In this document: positions 49,872 to 64,000 of the stretch, piece after piece
How positions within the stretch are numbered: position 1 is the first letter of the stretch
Layout: every line of letters begins with the position of its first letter
NCBI RefSeq assembly: GCF_009914755.1
Contig: NC_060935.1
Length of the DNA: 64,000 bases
Source of the DNA: the human T2T-CHM13v2.0 reference genome, Homo sapiens
Reading direction: 5' to 3' (one strand)
The notes under the pieces: generated by a model
What the model was told of the DNA's origin: nothing
Seen by the model: the letters and a program-made list of their open reading frames with translations, nothing else
Database searches by the model: none
Program-made: the position numbers and the translations under genes

Positions 49872-50265
49872 ATTTATTTATTTATTATACTTTAAGTTCT
49901 GGGATACATGTGTAGAACGTGCAGATTTGTTACATAGGTATACATGTGCCATGGTGGTTTGCTGCACCCATCAACCCATCATCTAGGTTTTAAGCCCCAC
50001 ATGCATTAGGTATTTGTCCTAATGCTCTCCTCCCCTTGCCCCCCACCCCCAACAGGCTCCAGTGTGTGATGTTTACCTCTCTGTGTCCATGTATTCTCAT
50101 TGTTCAATTCCCACTTATGAGTGAGAACATGTGGTGTTTGGCTTTCTGTTCCTGTGTTAGTTTGCTGAGAATGATGGTTTCCAGTTTCATCCATGTCCCT
50201 GCAAAGGACATGAATTCACTCTTTTTTATGACTGCATAGAATTCCATGGCACATATGTGCCACAT
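49872..50265 (-). mobile_element. 5'-truncated L1PA (about PA7/PA8) 3' end
   Basis: tatactttaagttctgggatacatgtg...gttacataggtatacatgtgccatggtggtttgctgcacccatc...atgagtgagaacatg; possible TSD accaYgYtgta. Confidence 0.92.
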
Positions 50266-53200
50266 GACCACGCTGTACTCTTCAAAGGGGATGAAACTGA
50301 GACCCTGCAAGGATAACTATCTTTTTCCAAGTTCCCAAGCAGGTTTGGGAGTAGGACGTGGTCTGGGAAGGGAGGTAGGCTGACTGCCCCAGGCCCCACC
50401 TCCTGCTAACATTTTATTTTCTCTGACTCCCACTGATAAAATCCTATACTTCTAACAAAGAAATGTCATCTGAAATTTTACAATGGAGCACAGGAAATTG
50501 CCAGGTCACTAAGGTGAATTATGGGCACATTTCCATGTGGTGGGAAAGATGACAGGAGAAAGGACAAACCTGGGGAATGAAACTCTGCCATGTACACATG
50601 TTCTAACCTGTATTTTGGCTTCTAGTGGTTGAGACCTCATTAGCTATGTGTTTAACCATTCATGTCTAACTATTCAAATTTAAAAATCTGTTTCAATATA
50701 AAAATATAAAAAGTCACCCCAAATCTCCCAGTGATATGTGCACCACGGTAGGGAACACAGGTTTCGTGCATTCATAGACACACGGAACCTCATGCAGGTA
50801 CCCAATTATGCTGTGCCCTTCCCCATCTCCATGCCTTTAAACTTGTCACAGTTCCTGCCTGGAGTGCTTTTCCCCTTACCATTCACCTGGATTTTGAAAA
50901 ATCGTCCTTTAACCCATTTCTAGGAGGCTTCTGAGATTCTTCTACATGTCTACTCTGATGTGGTTGGAGAGTCCTTTAATGGGTGCTGCTGATGGCTATC
51001 GCTGATGTAGTGTTTACCCACTACCAGGCACTCTGTTAGGCACTTTACATATATTGTCTCAAATAATAGTCCTCATAGGAAGGTGACGAAAGGAAGCTCA
51101 AGTTGTGTGACTAATATGCCCAAGGCCATGGGCTGCAACCTTTTTATCTGTATCCCTCAGTGCCTGGCATGGTGTTATTTTTCCCAAATGCACATTTGTG
51201 TGAGGCTCAGCACTGGATAAATGGGGAAAGAATGAATGTCTGAACTAGTGTGGATTAGGAGGAAGGTGAGCAAAGATGTTGCACTGCAAGTGGTAGATGC
51301 TCTCCAGGCCAGCTGCAGGACTGCAGATACTGACCTGGGGTTGAGGAGCAATTGTATGTAGTTTGGAGAATAGGGCCCTCATCTTGAGGCTGGGAGCATA
51401 AAGGAAAGAGGGATCCATGGAGTAAGAGGTCCCTTCAGGGGAGTCATTAGCAAAAGAGAATACTTATTTGAAAATTAAATGTCTTCACTTCTTTTCCAGG
51501 AGGCTCCATGACCTGTTTTTGGCAAGCTACAATGGGGGTGCAGCTTTCAAGGAGTCATTTCAGCAATTTAGTCCTTGCTCCAGGGCTAACTCCCCCTCCC
51601 CTGCCCAATGTGGTGGGAGGGCTCTGCTAAGATGTAGAGCAGTTATTAAGGCCTTAAGATAAAGGCAGTTTTTCATGGGGTCTGTTTTTTTCCCAGTGAC
51701 CTCCTGAGGCAGCAGACTCCACAGGCTTACTGCAGGGCTATACAAAAAGGTATTTTATGTCCTTAGCCTTATAAATCAATTTTAATTGTAACAACAGAAA
51801 CATCAGCAGCAAAATGGAGCCAAATGGGCTGGGGCCTTTTTCTGCGCTTTTTAACCATCTCAGATTAAATGCTGAATTGTATTTTGGGGTCTGAGTTTTG
51901 TCATGCAAACGAAGAAAAACAACTTGCTTTCCAATTTCCACATGCATATATAGAGTGAATTGTTGAGACGGAGAATATATTTTGCCATCTCAGTGCTTCT
52001 AGAAAAGATAAGGGGCTCTTGTAAAAAGTTCTACAATTTGTCAGCTGGCAGCTTATTAAATACCCAAAACAAATGTTTATATAGCATGAGAAGGCCACTG
52101 TCAAGGTCGGGAGGTTCCAGAATGGACTGATTCTGCTTTATTCATAACTGTTTGAAAAATCTCTTGTTCTTTTCTTTCCCCCAAAAAACAAATGCAACTA
52201 TTCTGTTTTCTTTGCCTTAGGAAAAAAAACAGGCAAGGAGCCAGCCCTTGTGTACAGGCCTCTAATAATAAACCCGCAAGCATGGCTAGTTGTTCAGCAG
52301 TCATGAGCAACCCTACAATAACAGAGTCTCACAACATGGAGGCTTTGGCTTCAGCAAAACCTTCATTAAGGGGTGGCAGAGCAGAGGAGGGTCACCCAGT
52401 CATGAAAACAAGCTCTGACTCACATGCCCTAGGAGCAAATGAAATTGGGCAGGAGTCTGAAGAGAAGATGGAATCTCCTCCGTGCTCTAGGAGGTGCGTT
52501 ATAAAGCCATAGGTCTTGTTAATAAGAGGGACCCCAATTCAATCCAATGACCATTTATTTAGGTGCATACTAAGTACAATGTATGTTGGGTGACACAGAA
52601 GACAGACAAGGAACTGACCGTGCCCCCCAAGGATATTAGAATCTGAAAGGGAGATAGGGTAGACAGGTACTTAAGTAACTGCAGTGCCATGTAGAATAAT
52701 AAGGGTTATAAGTAATAGCAAATGCAAAGAAGGGAGAGGCAACAAGAACAAATTAAATATTCTCATTCCTTTGTCTTTAGACCAGTAACTTTATTTGAGA
52801 GCTTTGTTTAACTAATTAATTAATTCAATCGCTGTATGCTAACTGGAGAGGTTAGAGGACTCACAGAAGTCACTAGCTGCTTAGAGGTTAGGGGCACAGT
52901 GCCTAAGGCCCCGCCCTGTACAGGGCTTTGCTATCATCCCTGCCTCTAGAGAAGAGATTTGCCCTCTCCAAGATCTACATGGCCAGTTAAGGTGGGATTA
53001 CAGACAAAACCCTCCTGATACTGTCTCCTGTCTCCTTGCATCTCCCTCCTTCCCTTCCCCACTCAATCTCCAGAATCTTTTCTCACATCCAGTTAACTTG
53101 AGATGGTCTGAATTTTGGCAAACGAGGTTGTCCTGGGGCTCTGGGGGTCTAGGTGTGAAAAAGTTATCTCTCTGTGATGACATGTCATTCGCCTCAGCTT

Positions 53201-54781
53201 GTTTCATGGCTCGAAATAGATGTCTCTCATTCTTAATGATGGCCCAATTTGGTTTGGGAAAGGCAGCGTGTTGAGTCACTGACCACTCAGGGCACTGGAG
53301 CAGCAAAGTGAAGGATGATGGGGAGGGGGAGTGCTGTCATCCCCTTGCTCACACTGGACTAAGAGCATATAGTTCACATCTTCTGTAAGCTTGGAAAGTT
53401 ATCATTTGAAAGTTGTTGCTCTAGAGTGCCTTGACAATCTAACAATACAAAATAAATCTTCTATTCACACCTCTCCAGCAAGCCAGGATCCCAGGAATAT
53501 GCAGCAACAGCGGAAATCAGTGATAAGCTCCCTGTTATGTTGTCAAAACTTACAGCAGCTTCACACTGCCCTGATTACCATATATTAGCTTTCTGCAGAC
53601 ACACAAGGACTTGCTGGGAGGCCTTTCTTCTGGTCAGCACTTTAAAAATATTTTATGTAAACCCCCAAGTCCCTTTGGATCCTTCCAGAATCTCGGATTT
53701 CCACATGTTTCCAAGCTCTAACATGCTCCTCTCGTTAGGTTAAGTAGCTTGCAAACACCCCGTAAATGGGAGTATGGAACCGCAAGGAAAGACAATAAGG
53801 CCAGAGATCATCTCTGTGCTCAGGCCCTACACCTGAGCATCCCTAGCATTTTAGAGGCTGCTTGCAGCCAGAGGTCTTTACATTGAAGAGGGAAATTGCT
53901 TCCCAAGGAAAGGCGCAGAAATGGCTTATAAAATGGGCATCTGTTTGGAGGAGTAATGGGAAGAGATGAAGACCTCATGGACTACTGAGTCTGAAACACC
54001 AAATCGATCAGGGAGGCCGAGCAACAGAGAGCAGTTTCCAGCTGTGGTTGCAGTTCTGACTGAAACCCTGAGAATATGATGGCTGTTCTGGAGGTTGTCT
54101 TAAGCCCCTCAAGCCCGGGCTCTCTCCCTGACAGCTGTGGGTGTGTGTGTGCACACTGGAGTGTGTGCAGGGAGGAGGTGGTACGTTAATGAGCCTTGCA
54201 GCCGGTCTGACAAACCCCATCTGCTTCGTTCTCTTGGCCACCCAAGCTGTCTGCCTTCCCTGGCTACACCCATGGGCACCTGGTGGCCCTGCTGAGGGCC
54301 AAATAGGAGTGTTGACATCCCCTTCTAAGCTCCCGCAGCAGCCAGGCTCTTAAGCAGCCAGCTAGCAACTCCATGTGTTGTTACCCCACCTGACAGTTCA
54401 CAATTCTGTCTTTCCTCCTGCTGAGAATTCTTCTGTTTTCCAGGAGGTGTCCCTAGTACCCTTCCCACCCGCTTTCATCCTCTTTCTTCAGAGAGAACTT
54501 TGACCCAGAACCGAGTGACTGTTATGGAGCTACGAGGTCCTTGTCTGAATTCTCCGTGTGGTTGCTGGCCTGTAAGCTCCAAGAGGGTAGGGGGCTGTGT
54601 CTGAATTTTGGTTAATTGCTGCATCCCTAGAACCCTGAAAAGTGTCTAGCACATAGAGTATTCTCATAGCTGTTGACAAACTGGACAGATACATGAGTAA
54701 TGAATAGGAACCTGTGCATTGGACGGGTACGGTGCCAGCTACAGCTGACCCTTCCCTCACAGCATGCAACGTTAGCAATGA

Positions 54782-55090
<309 letters not shown>

Positions 55091-56995
55091 AGCAATGAAC
55101 TTCTAAGAGAAATCAGATCAAGCCCTCAAACATTAATTTACAGTCAAGAGACAATCTCTGAATTCAGCCCTCCCCATCCCCCAGCACTGGTATTGACATA
55201 CTGCAGACCTTCTATTGTTGGTGGCAAATATGAGCAGGTTAAGGCACTTTTCGGGATTAGAGAATCTTCAAACTCAATATGCATAAGAACAATTTATCCT
55301 GATGACCAGATAGAATAGATTCTGTTCATTAAGGAAACTGCTTGCCATTTGCTACTATTTAACCCATTCTTTCTATTGTGATCATAAGAAGAAGAAGGCC
55401 AAAGGATCATTAATTTCCTTACTTTGGAACTTTGGGGCCCTTAGGATAGCGCTGTGTATATGGCAGGCACTCATTACTATTGTTTTGTAGATGTGGCTGG
55501 TGATAATAATGAGAAGGACTGGGGGAAAACGAAGTATGCTCTCCAGGCTAACCGTTGGTGGTTTAGGCAGACGGAACTCCTCTCAGGATTTATTCAGATT
55601 CAGTGACAGCACTTCTTGAACTCTGACACCACTCCACAATTAATATTGTCCACTGAACAGAATGGTGAACCCTGAGCATCTTTCCCATGAAAGGCAAGAC
55701 AGATGCACACGAGTCAGTTCTGCCACTCCAGTACTCCGCACGGTGTCTGGCACACAGTAGGCACTTCACAAATGCTAACAACAATTTGACAACTAGATTG
55801 CAAGCTGTAGATTTCAGATGCAAGGCAATGGTTAGTAACTAGATTTTCTTAGTCCGCCCTGACTTTGGGCCTTTGTCCATACAGCACCACACTGGGCGTC
55901 AGGGTCCTTTTGTTGGGATGAGTGGCTCTGTCACTCTTTCACTGAGACCAAGGCTCAGGCAATCAAGCAATGCATTTCAATCAACTTCTACAATGATCCA
56001 ATTTCTGGGTCTGGCTCTGTTTCTCTATTTCCCAGTTACTTGCCCAAGAACATGGCTCCATCTAAAGGAAGTGGCCTACGGGAATCTGCGCACCTCTGCT
56101 GTGACCGGGAAGCTGGGCTCTCATTGGAGGTTGTTGGGCTGCAGTTCACGGCCCAGGTGAGACCAGACTGCAGAACATAATGTGCAGATCAAGGCAATGA
56201 TGCCTGTTTCTCCATTTCATTAGCCACAGCTCACTATGTGTCAAGTCTTGTTTTCTCCAGTTTAGACTCAGAAACTGACTTCCATCATTGAAATAGGGCT
56301 CGTGTCTCCTTGTAGTAACTGCAAGGCTTTAGGGAGGTAGAAAAAATTTAGTGAAAATAATTCAGCAACTCGTTTGAGCTGAAAATAACTTGATTCAAGG
56401 ACTGTGCCTTCAGATACTTGGGAGGCATGAAGATGAAGGCATTTGCAGTCTTGTTTTCCTTTGTGACTGGGGCATTAATAAGGCTTTGGGATTCACTTCA
56501 AAATCATTAAAAACATGTTCACTAGTCCAAAGCACCTCTCCCACCTGTGTATGAAACAAATGAATTGGTGGGACCTTGGATCCTCGTAGTTTGCTGCTCC
56601 TGGGGTAGTCCCTCACTAAGCTCCTTATCACACATTTGCACTGCCAAGATGATATTTTTGGTTAAAACGTTATAAATATTCTGGACCAAAATATTACCTT
56701 GAGATTTTGTCCACCTGACATCCACTTCATTGAGTGGGAATTCTGCCCAAAGAATTACTGAAGAATGAATTCCCCTGTTTATTTAGAGCTTGATATCTTC
56801 ATAACCATTTTGACTAACATTAACCATTTAGTCATTAGGACCCAGGAGCACAGATAATTGGTATTGAGGTTCACATATGTGGTGAATTTCAAGCAAAGAG
56901 GTCTCAAATATGAATAAGTGAATAGTGCCCTTAAAGCTTCTTATTCAGAATCTACAAAGTGATGAAACAAAGGCAAAAAAAAAAAGGTGGGATCC

Positions 56996-57760
56996 CCGAA
57001 ACTCTAAAAACCCTAGAAGAAAATCTAGGCAATACCATTCAGAACATAGGCACATGCAAGGGTTTCATGATGAAAACGCCAAAAGCAATTGCAACAAAAG
57101 CAAAAATTGACAAATGGGGTCTAATTAAACTCAAGAGCTTCTGTACAGCGAAAGAAACTATCATCAGAGTAAACAGACAACCTGCAGAATGGGAGAAAAT
57201 TTTTGCAGTCTATTCAACTGACAAAGGTCTAATATCCAGAGTCTACAAGGAACTTAAATTTACAAGAAAAAAAAACCCGGTTAAAAAGTTGGCAAAGGAC
57301 ATGAACAGACACTTCTCAAAAGAAGACATACATGTGGCCAACAAATATATGAAAAAAAGCTTAACATCACTGATCATTAGATAAATGCAAATAAAAACCA
57401 CAATGACATACCATCTCATGCCAGGCAGAATGGCTTTTTTTTTTAAATTAAAAAGTCAAAAAGCAACAGATGCTGGCGAGGTTATGGAGAAAAAGGAATG
57501 CTTTTACACTGTTGGTGGGAGTGTAAATTAGTTCAACCATTGTGTAAATTAGTTCAACCATTGTGGTCTCAAAGACCTACAGTCAGAAACACCATTTGAC
57601 CCAGCAATCCCATTACTGGATATATACCCAAAGGAATATAAATCATTGTATTATAAAGATACATGCACTACATATGTTCATTGCAGCATTATTCACAATA
57701 GCAAAGACATGGAATCTACCTAAATGCCCATCAATGATAGACTGGATAAAGAAAATGTGA
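56996..57760 (+). pseudogene. Disrupted L1 ORF2p C-terminal remnant
   Basis: Translation [53 protein letters not shown] and MFIAALFTIAKTWN.PKCPSMIDWIKKM; stops/frameshifts between the pieces. Confidence 0.9.
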
Positions 57761-58164
57761 TACATATACACCATGGAATACTATGCAGCCATAAAAAGGA
57801 ATGAGATCATGTCCTTTGCAGGGACATGGATGGAGCTGGAAGCCATTATCCTCAGTAAACTAACACAGGAACAGAAAACCAAACACTGCATGTTCTCACT
57901 TCTAAGTAGGAGCTGAACAGTGAGAACACGTGGACACAGGGAGGGGAACAACACACACTGGGACCTGATGGGGGTGTGGGTTGGGGGAGGGAGAGCACTA
58001 GGAAGAATAGCTAATGGATGCTGGGCTTAATACCTGGGTGATGGTGGTGGGTTCATCGGTGCAGCGAACCACCATGGCACACGTATCTATGTAACAAACC
58101 TGCACATCCTGCCCATGTACCCCAGAACTTAAAAGTTGAGAGAAAAGAAGAAAGTAAAAGAAAT
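56996..58164 (+). mobile_element. 5'-truncated older L1PA LINE (~1.2 kb; ORF2 end + 3' UTR)
   Basis: Classic L1 3' sequence incl. G-rich tract ~57968-57991 and tgtaacaaacctgcacatcctg; TSD aaaaaggtgggatcc (56981-95) / aaaaaggtggattcc (58165-79). Confidence 0.95.
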
Positions 58165-58499
58165 AAAAAGGTGGATTCCTTTAGGTCACCTTCTTGCAGT
58201 TGTACCCTAAATTTAGAGGATTCATCATTGACATGCAGAACACCTAAACCTGTTGATCCATTCTTTTGGGTGTAAAGCTTTAAAAAAAAGAAAGTCTCTT
58301 ACGGTGTTGGCTTATTTAAAAACAGATGACAAAAGACACCTGGCTTGCAGTTTTGTCTTTATTCTCCAGGACCATGAGGAGCAATTAGCTTTTACAAGTT
58401 CATTTCCATAACAACCTTTAGCACACGATATTTCTGGATTGAGTTAAGGATGGGGGCATCAAGAGATGACTTGGCTCTACTCAAGATTCCACGTGGAAG

Positions 58500-59037
<538 letters not shown>

Positions 59038-61534
59038 GAGCTATTATTTTTATCATGAGGTATATTCCTTGTTCTCTTTTCCCTTTGAGGCAGCTCTTGT
59101 TGACTCTTAATAAGCAAAAACCACACGACGACAGTTTTAACTGGCTTACGTAAAGTTCTTACAGATCCAGAGCTGAGTTCATCCACTACAGATGAAGAGG
59201 AATTAGTGTGTCTTTTGAATATTAATGAATAAATAACCTCTTTCCTTGTTATTTATTTGTATTCAAAATGCCATTGCTAGTTCTAGTGATAATTATTGAA
59301 TTTTCAACATTTATAGAAAAACAGCATATACTGTATAAAGATAATTGCCGTATTGGAGTCTTAAGAAAGAGTTAGTTTTGTATAAATATGGAATGCCAGT
59401 AATTATCACTAGTGCTACATGTTAAAATTAGAAAGTAGGTAAATAACAAGGACAGTATGTATTCTTTATAATTCAAATGCATGTCAGCTCAATTATCCTA
59501 CAATTGCATAGACAATAGGTGAACTGTTTTTCTCCTTTAAGGGGAAGACTTCTTTCCGAGTTTACGTTTCCTGAAGTTGAGTGAAGATTCCATGGTTTGA
59601 CAAGCCAATAGTATGATAATGGGCAATATTATTTAGGAGTGGGCTGATGGCAGGTTTGATCTCTCTGTGCTTGGATTCACTGCCTCAATTCTGAATTATG
59701 TTACAACTGCTTAGAATTTTAAAGTTAGAGACCCGCTGTGGAGAAATAAAGTCCTGGCTATGTTTCCATTTTATAATCTCTCAGGCTGAATTTTGAGGCC
59801 AGACCTGAGTACAAATCTGTAACCCAGGAATCTCCCACGTGCTCACAAAGTTCCAAGGATACTATTTAATCTCCTCCTTTTCACCAACCCCATCTGCACC
59901 CCAGCAGGGAGGTCAGTGGCTACATGAAAGCAAAATCTAAGGCTCTTCTTTGCGCCAAAGCCTGGTCTCCATGTTGTTACAGACCAAAGCCACTCTGAAA
60001 GCCGCAGGAGGCTGACCACAATCAATAATCGTTCAGGAAACAAACGCAGGGAAGAGAAATAAGTGACTTACTGAAAAGGCACCCGGAAATGGCATTAGCA
60101 CAGCACTGCTTCTAATCATAGACTCAGCACCTCAGAGGAACAGCTGAGCAGAGCCTTGTTAAACAAATGTAGATATCATGGGTGTTTAAAGGAAACACGT
60201 TACTTTAGGGAAGGAAGAACCTGTTGCATTAAAAATAGAGCTAAGGTAAAGAGCATGTACTTGTAGGTTTGCAGGGAGAAAAATAACAAATGAGGAAAGC
60301 CAACACTATTAAAATTAATAGGAAAGATAAAAAAATTAAGCAGCTGGACCATGGATAAACAGCAAAAAAGCCAAGTGTATAAAACAGCTCATCTAAGACC
60401 AGAGGAGGCAGAGGGGATAAACAGCTCACCCTGTTGAGGATGTTTACTTTTGCATCTGTCAACTGAAAAGGAAGGAAATGAGGATTTGCCTGAGTCAGAA
60501 TGAGTTTCCAAGGAAAGAGGATGCAGTGTACCACAGAAAATGGTGGTGATGATGACAGCCAGTCAACAGAAGCTGATGGTGACTTAGCTGGCATGCTGGC
60601 CATGGGATGCGAGTGACTGAGGGCTTCAGCTTCCTCATTGTGGGGGACAGAAGGGGATGGTTTAGCAATATCCTCAGGCTTCTACCTTCCCATTTCTCCC
60701 ACCAATCAGGCATTAGCATCCCCAGTCCTCTGGTGTCCTATGGTTGGAACCCCTGCTCGGTACTCCCTGTCCCATGCCCAGAAGGGGATGCCTTGCTTTC
60801 TCATCCTTCCAGCCTATGTGGCTGCAAAATGACACTTGTAAAATGACATGCAGAAGAGCAATGAGACCAATGCCAGATCCCAGAGGGGTCAGGGAGCTCC
60901 ACCGAGCTTCCCTAACTTGTTCACATCCTGTCACGCTAGCTAATGATAGCATTTGTAGGGCAGCTGGAATAAACATGTGATGGACCCATATCTAGAGGTG
61001 ACTCTGGCACTCTGGCTGTCCCAACCCCACCCTGATCTGAAGGCTGAGGGGGTCATTATGTGGACCCACTACAACCCACGGGTGGGAAGCTCTAGATCTT
61101 GGCACCCCGTCCTCTTGGCTCTGGCTGAGCCACTCAGCTCTTGAATCAGAGGCTTCAGCAGGAGGAGAGGCTCAAATGAGCCCAAGCTGATTAAGGAAGT
61201 GGCCGTGCTCCACAGAAGGACAGATCAATCTTGATTAGAGTATTAGGAACGTTTCGAGGATGCCTCGACTTAGCAGACAACTGGCATGGTGGCTGTATCA
61301 GGGGGGCAAGAGAATCTGTCAAAGATCAGCTTGTAAGGTGAGTCTAAGTGTCTAGGGCCATGGACACTGCACAGCCAGGACAGAAGCCAGCTGCGTGCCA
61401 GACGAAGTGTTTTCACAGCCGGGGAAAGGAAAGGCACAGATTATAGGACAGCTGTTTGCAATTGCTTCTGGCCCATCAATAAGGCAAACAGTGACTTAGG
61501 AATGGGAAGAGTGAAGAAAGTAAGTGATTTTAGG

Positions 61535-61740
61535 GAGGCAGTGTGGCAGAATAGAAGAGGCTCAATAGGCTTTCACATAATGCAGAAGGAACTTGAATCC
61601 TGCCTCTGCCATTTACTAGTTGTGTGGCTTTAGGCACCTTCCGTAACCTCTCTGAGCCTGTTTCCTCACTACTTATGATAACATCTCTTTTACGGAGTTG
61701 TTGCATATATTAAATAAAAACATGTCTATACCTAGAATAC
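61535..61740 (+). mobile_element. MIR SINE
   Basis: ttgaatcctgcctctgccatttactagttgtgtggctttaggc...taacctctctgagcctgtttcctca. Confidence 0.75.
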
Positions 61741-61807
61741 TATAGAGTTTCAATAAAATATTAACCATTCCTCTTTACTATGTATGCTGTTTAAAGCAGA
61801 AATTGTG

Positions 61808-61846
61808 TAGTAGTAGTAGTGTGTGTGTGTGTGTGTGTGTGTGTGT
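61808..61846. repeat. (TAG)4(TG)n compound microsatellite
   Basis: Directly visible. Confidence 0.9.
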
Positions 61847-62995
61847 TGGGAAGAGGGAACATTAGACTTATCTGAAAGTTTAGAAAATACTACAGAAAGA
61901 CACATCCTTATTGATTGACAGATATTTTCCTGCAAACACTCTGTCTTCTCCCCATTGTGTAGACTCTGAAAAGTTATTGTAATTGTTGGTTTCAGGTCAG
62001 CCTCTACCTGCAGCTTGGTCTCTGGTTTTCAAATTCTGTAGAAATTTTTACAGCTGTTTGACTTCCTTAGACATGAGACATGTACTAGATGGCAATAGCA
62101 GGGGACGTATCCCCTACACTCCTGTCCTGGTCCAATGCCTAACCCATGGGGAACACTCAATACATTTATTTGAACTGAAATGAACCTGGTTGGTGGGCGA
62201 GGCCGCTAGGGGTAGAGGCAGTTGGGGAGGAAGGTGGCAGCCATGTGCATGTTGGAGATATGTGAGTAGCTTTAGGTATCTGGACCCCAACCAGCCCAGT
62301 GAAAAGAGGGTAGAGATGCAAGACCTGTAGATATGATATCAGAGGGTGGCAAATAATCTGGGTCCCTAGCATGCTGGGCAGCCTGAGGCGACGGTCCGGT
62401 CAGCCAGGCTCAGCCAAGCCCCTGAGAGCATCTCGCAGGAGGTACCGTTCTGTCCCCAGCTGAGAGGCACTAAGGCTTTCCCAGCAGAGGTTCAGCCCTA
62501 CCAGAGCCGCTCAGGGGAATGTGCAGAAGGAGGACAAGGGAAGCAACTACCTGACATCACTCTGCCCTGCTTGTCAAGACAAAACAACATGAATATTAAT
62601 TTCTCAGGCATAATAAGGTGTGGAGGAGCAGGAGTGGGCAGGGCCATTGTGTGGGAGGCTGCTCCTTCCTGCCATTTGTCACCGGCAGGAGTGATAGATG
62701 GTTCTTCCAGGCAGCTTCCCAATTAGATGGATACAGCCACCCCAATTAAGAGCACGTTGGCCATCTGCTTCGCAGGTACGATGGCATTAGGTGCTTTGGA
62801 CGGGGCTCAGGCCAGACTTTGCAAGACACTAGAGGAGGCAGGAACGCTCACATACACATCGGTGAGCAGAGGCCACAGGCATCACTGAGGCCAATGCCTA
62901 GGCCTGTCAAGAGGATTGTACCTGCAGATAATCTGCCAATGTACTTACAGCCTTTTGCCAGACTCACTACCAATAACTAACAATTCTCTGTAAGA

Positions 62996-63130
62996 CAGTG
63001 GCTCTTGATTGGTGAGCATCAGAATTATCCAGGGAGAGTGTTTAAGAATACCACTCTCCCGACGCACCCCAAACATTCAGAGTTGGACTTTCCACACTTG
63101 ATCAGGGTCCAGGACACCTGGGTTCCACTT
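62996..63130. mobile_element. MER5-like hAT fragment
   Basis: cagtggctcttga...gagcatcagaattatccagggagagtgtttaagaatac. Confidence 0.45.
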
Positions 63131-63204
63131 GATTACGGCTAATTAGGTTATTTATTTAATGAACAGCTCATTAAGATAGTCATCTGAAATTTGAAGTGCT
63201 TTCA

Positions 63205-63330
63205 ACAACTTTCATTCATTCTCTCATTCATTCACGTAAGATTTTTAGAGCACCTACCAGATGCTAGGCACTATTCTAAGTCCTGGGGATACACCAATGA
63301 ACAGAGCAGAAAAAACCCCCTGCCCCATTC
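63205..63330 (-). mobile_element. L2 LINE 3' end
   Basis: tcattcattcac...gagcacctaccagatgctaggcactattctaagtcctggggatacacc. Confidence 0.7.
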
Positions 63331-63929
63331 AATTTGTTCATGTGAATACTTTCTTGGTGAGAGTGATTTCAGCTAGCACATAGTTTAGAGAGAATGCTGC
63401 AGAGGGAGGCAGATAGCTGAGTTTCAGGGTTAACCCGGAGTTGCAGAGTTGCGAGGCCTGCTCCTGAACTTTCTGAATGAAGCTTTGTAGCAAGCCTTTA
63501 AAAAAAAAAGTAACCAAGAAGGTCTGAAGATAAAGCAAGCCAACCTTTTCCTGCAGGAAAAGATACACGCATAGAAGATCTGTGCAGCTAGAGCTAATGG
63601 CAGCTTCCATGATGATCCCAAGTGGAATAACTATATAAGGTGTGGATTCTGACCCAGAGGAGTTTATAATCTATCCTGGGGAAATGAATAAGACCCAAGA
63701 ACAGAGAAGAATACAAACACACGATAAGAGGTAAAAAATTTTGTTGAAGGAGGGAGCAGAAAAACTTAAAGCAGCTGGGGCAGACTTCATAGCAGGCAAG
63801 TTGTAGGGTGTTGATTCAGGCCTGGAAGGATGGATGGGAGGGTCTGGACAGGTGGGAGATGTGGTGGGAGATAGGACAAGGCACAAGCAGAGTCTCAGCG
63901 GGCACAGCAGCAGGCTGGAGGCAGGACGC

Positions 63930-64000
63930 AGAGGCCAGAGCTGGAGTTGAGGCCAAACAGCCCTGGGTTTGAATCCTCCTTTTGTCACTCACTGGCCGTT
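63930..64000 (+). mobile_element. MIR 5' part (runs off window)
   Basis: cctgggtttgaatcctccttttgtcactcactggc. Confidence 0.5.

Overview
This is primate (most likely human) non-coding genomic DNA, either deep intron or intergenic. The evidence is about 9 Alu/Alu-monomer insertions (AluS, AluY, FRAM/J-type, most with visible target-site duplications), two truncated L1PA 3' ends and several old L1M fragments. There are also many MIR and L2 relics, MLT1/MLT2 solo LTRs, DNA-transposon fossils (MADE1, MER20, MER6A, MER5, MER91), a (TCCA)n tract and a 1.35-kb TG/TGCATG-rich satellite. I find no credible protein-coding gene, RNA gene, CpG island or CRISPR array. The long ORFs in the track come from simple repeats or Alu/L1 sequence, or are chance ORFs; only the L1 ORF2 remnant is recognisable protein. 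I could not identify the host locus and see no evidence for a new multi-gene system. The best leads are small: two frame-compatible minus-strand mini-exon candidates near 59-60.5 kb, a tandem AG|GT recursive-splice-like site at 8.8 kb, several local templated-duplication and template-switch scars, and a few motif-dense repeat-free blocks that may be enhancers. Repeat family calls are from memory of consensus sequences, and boundaries of old elements are approximate (tens of bp).
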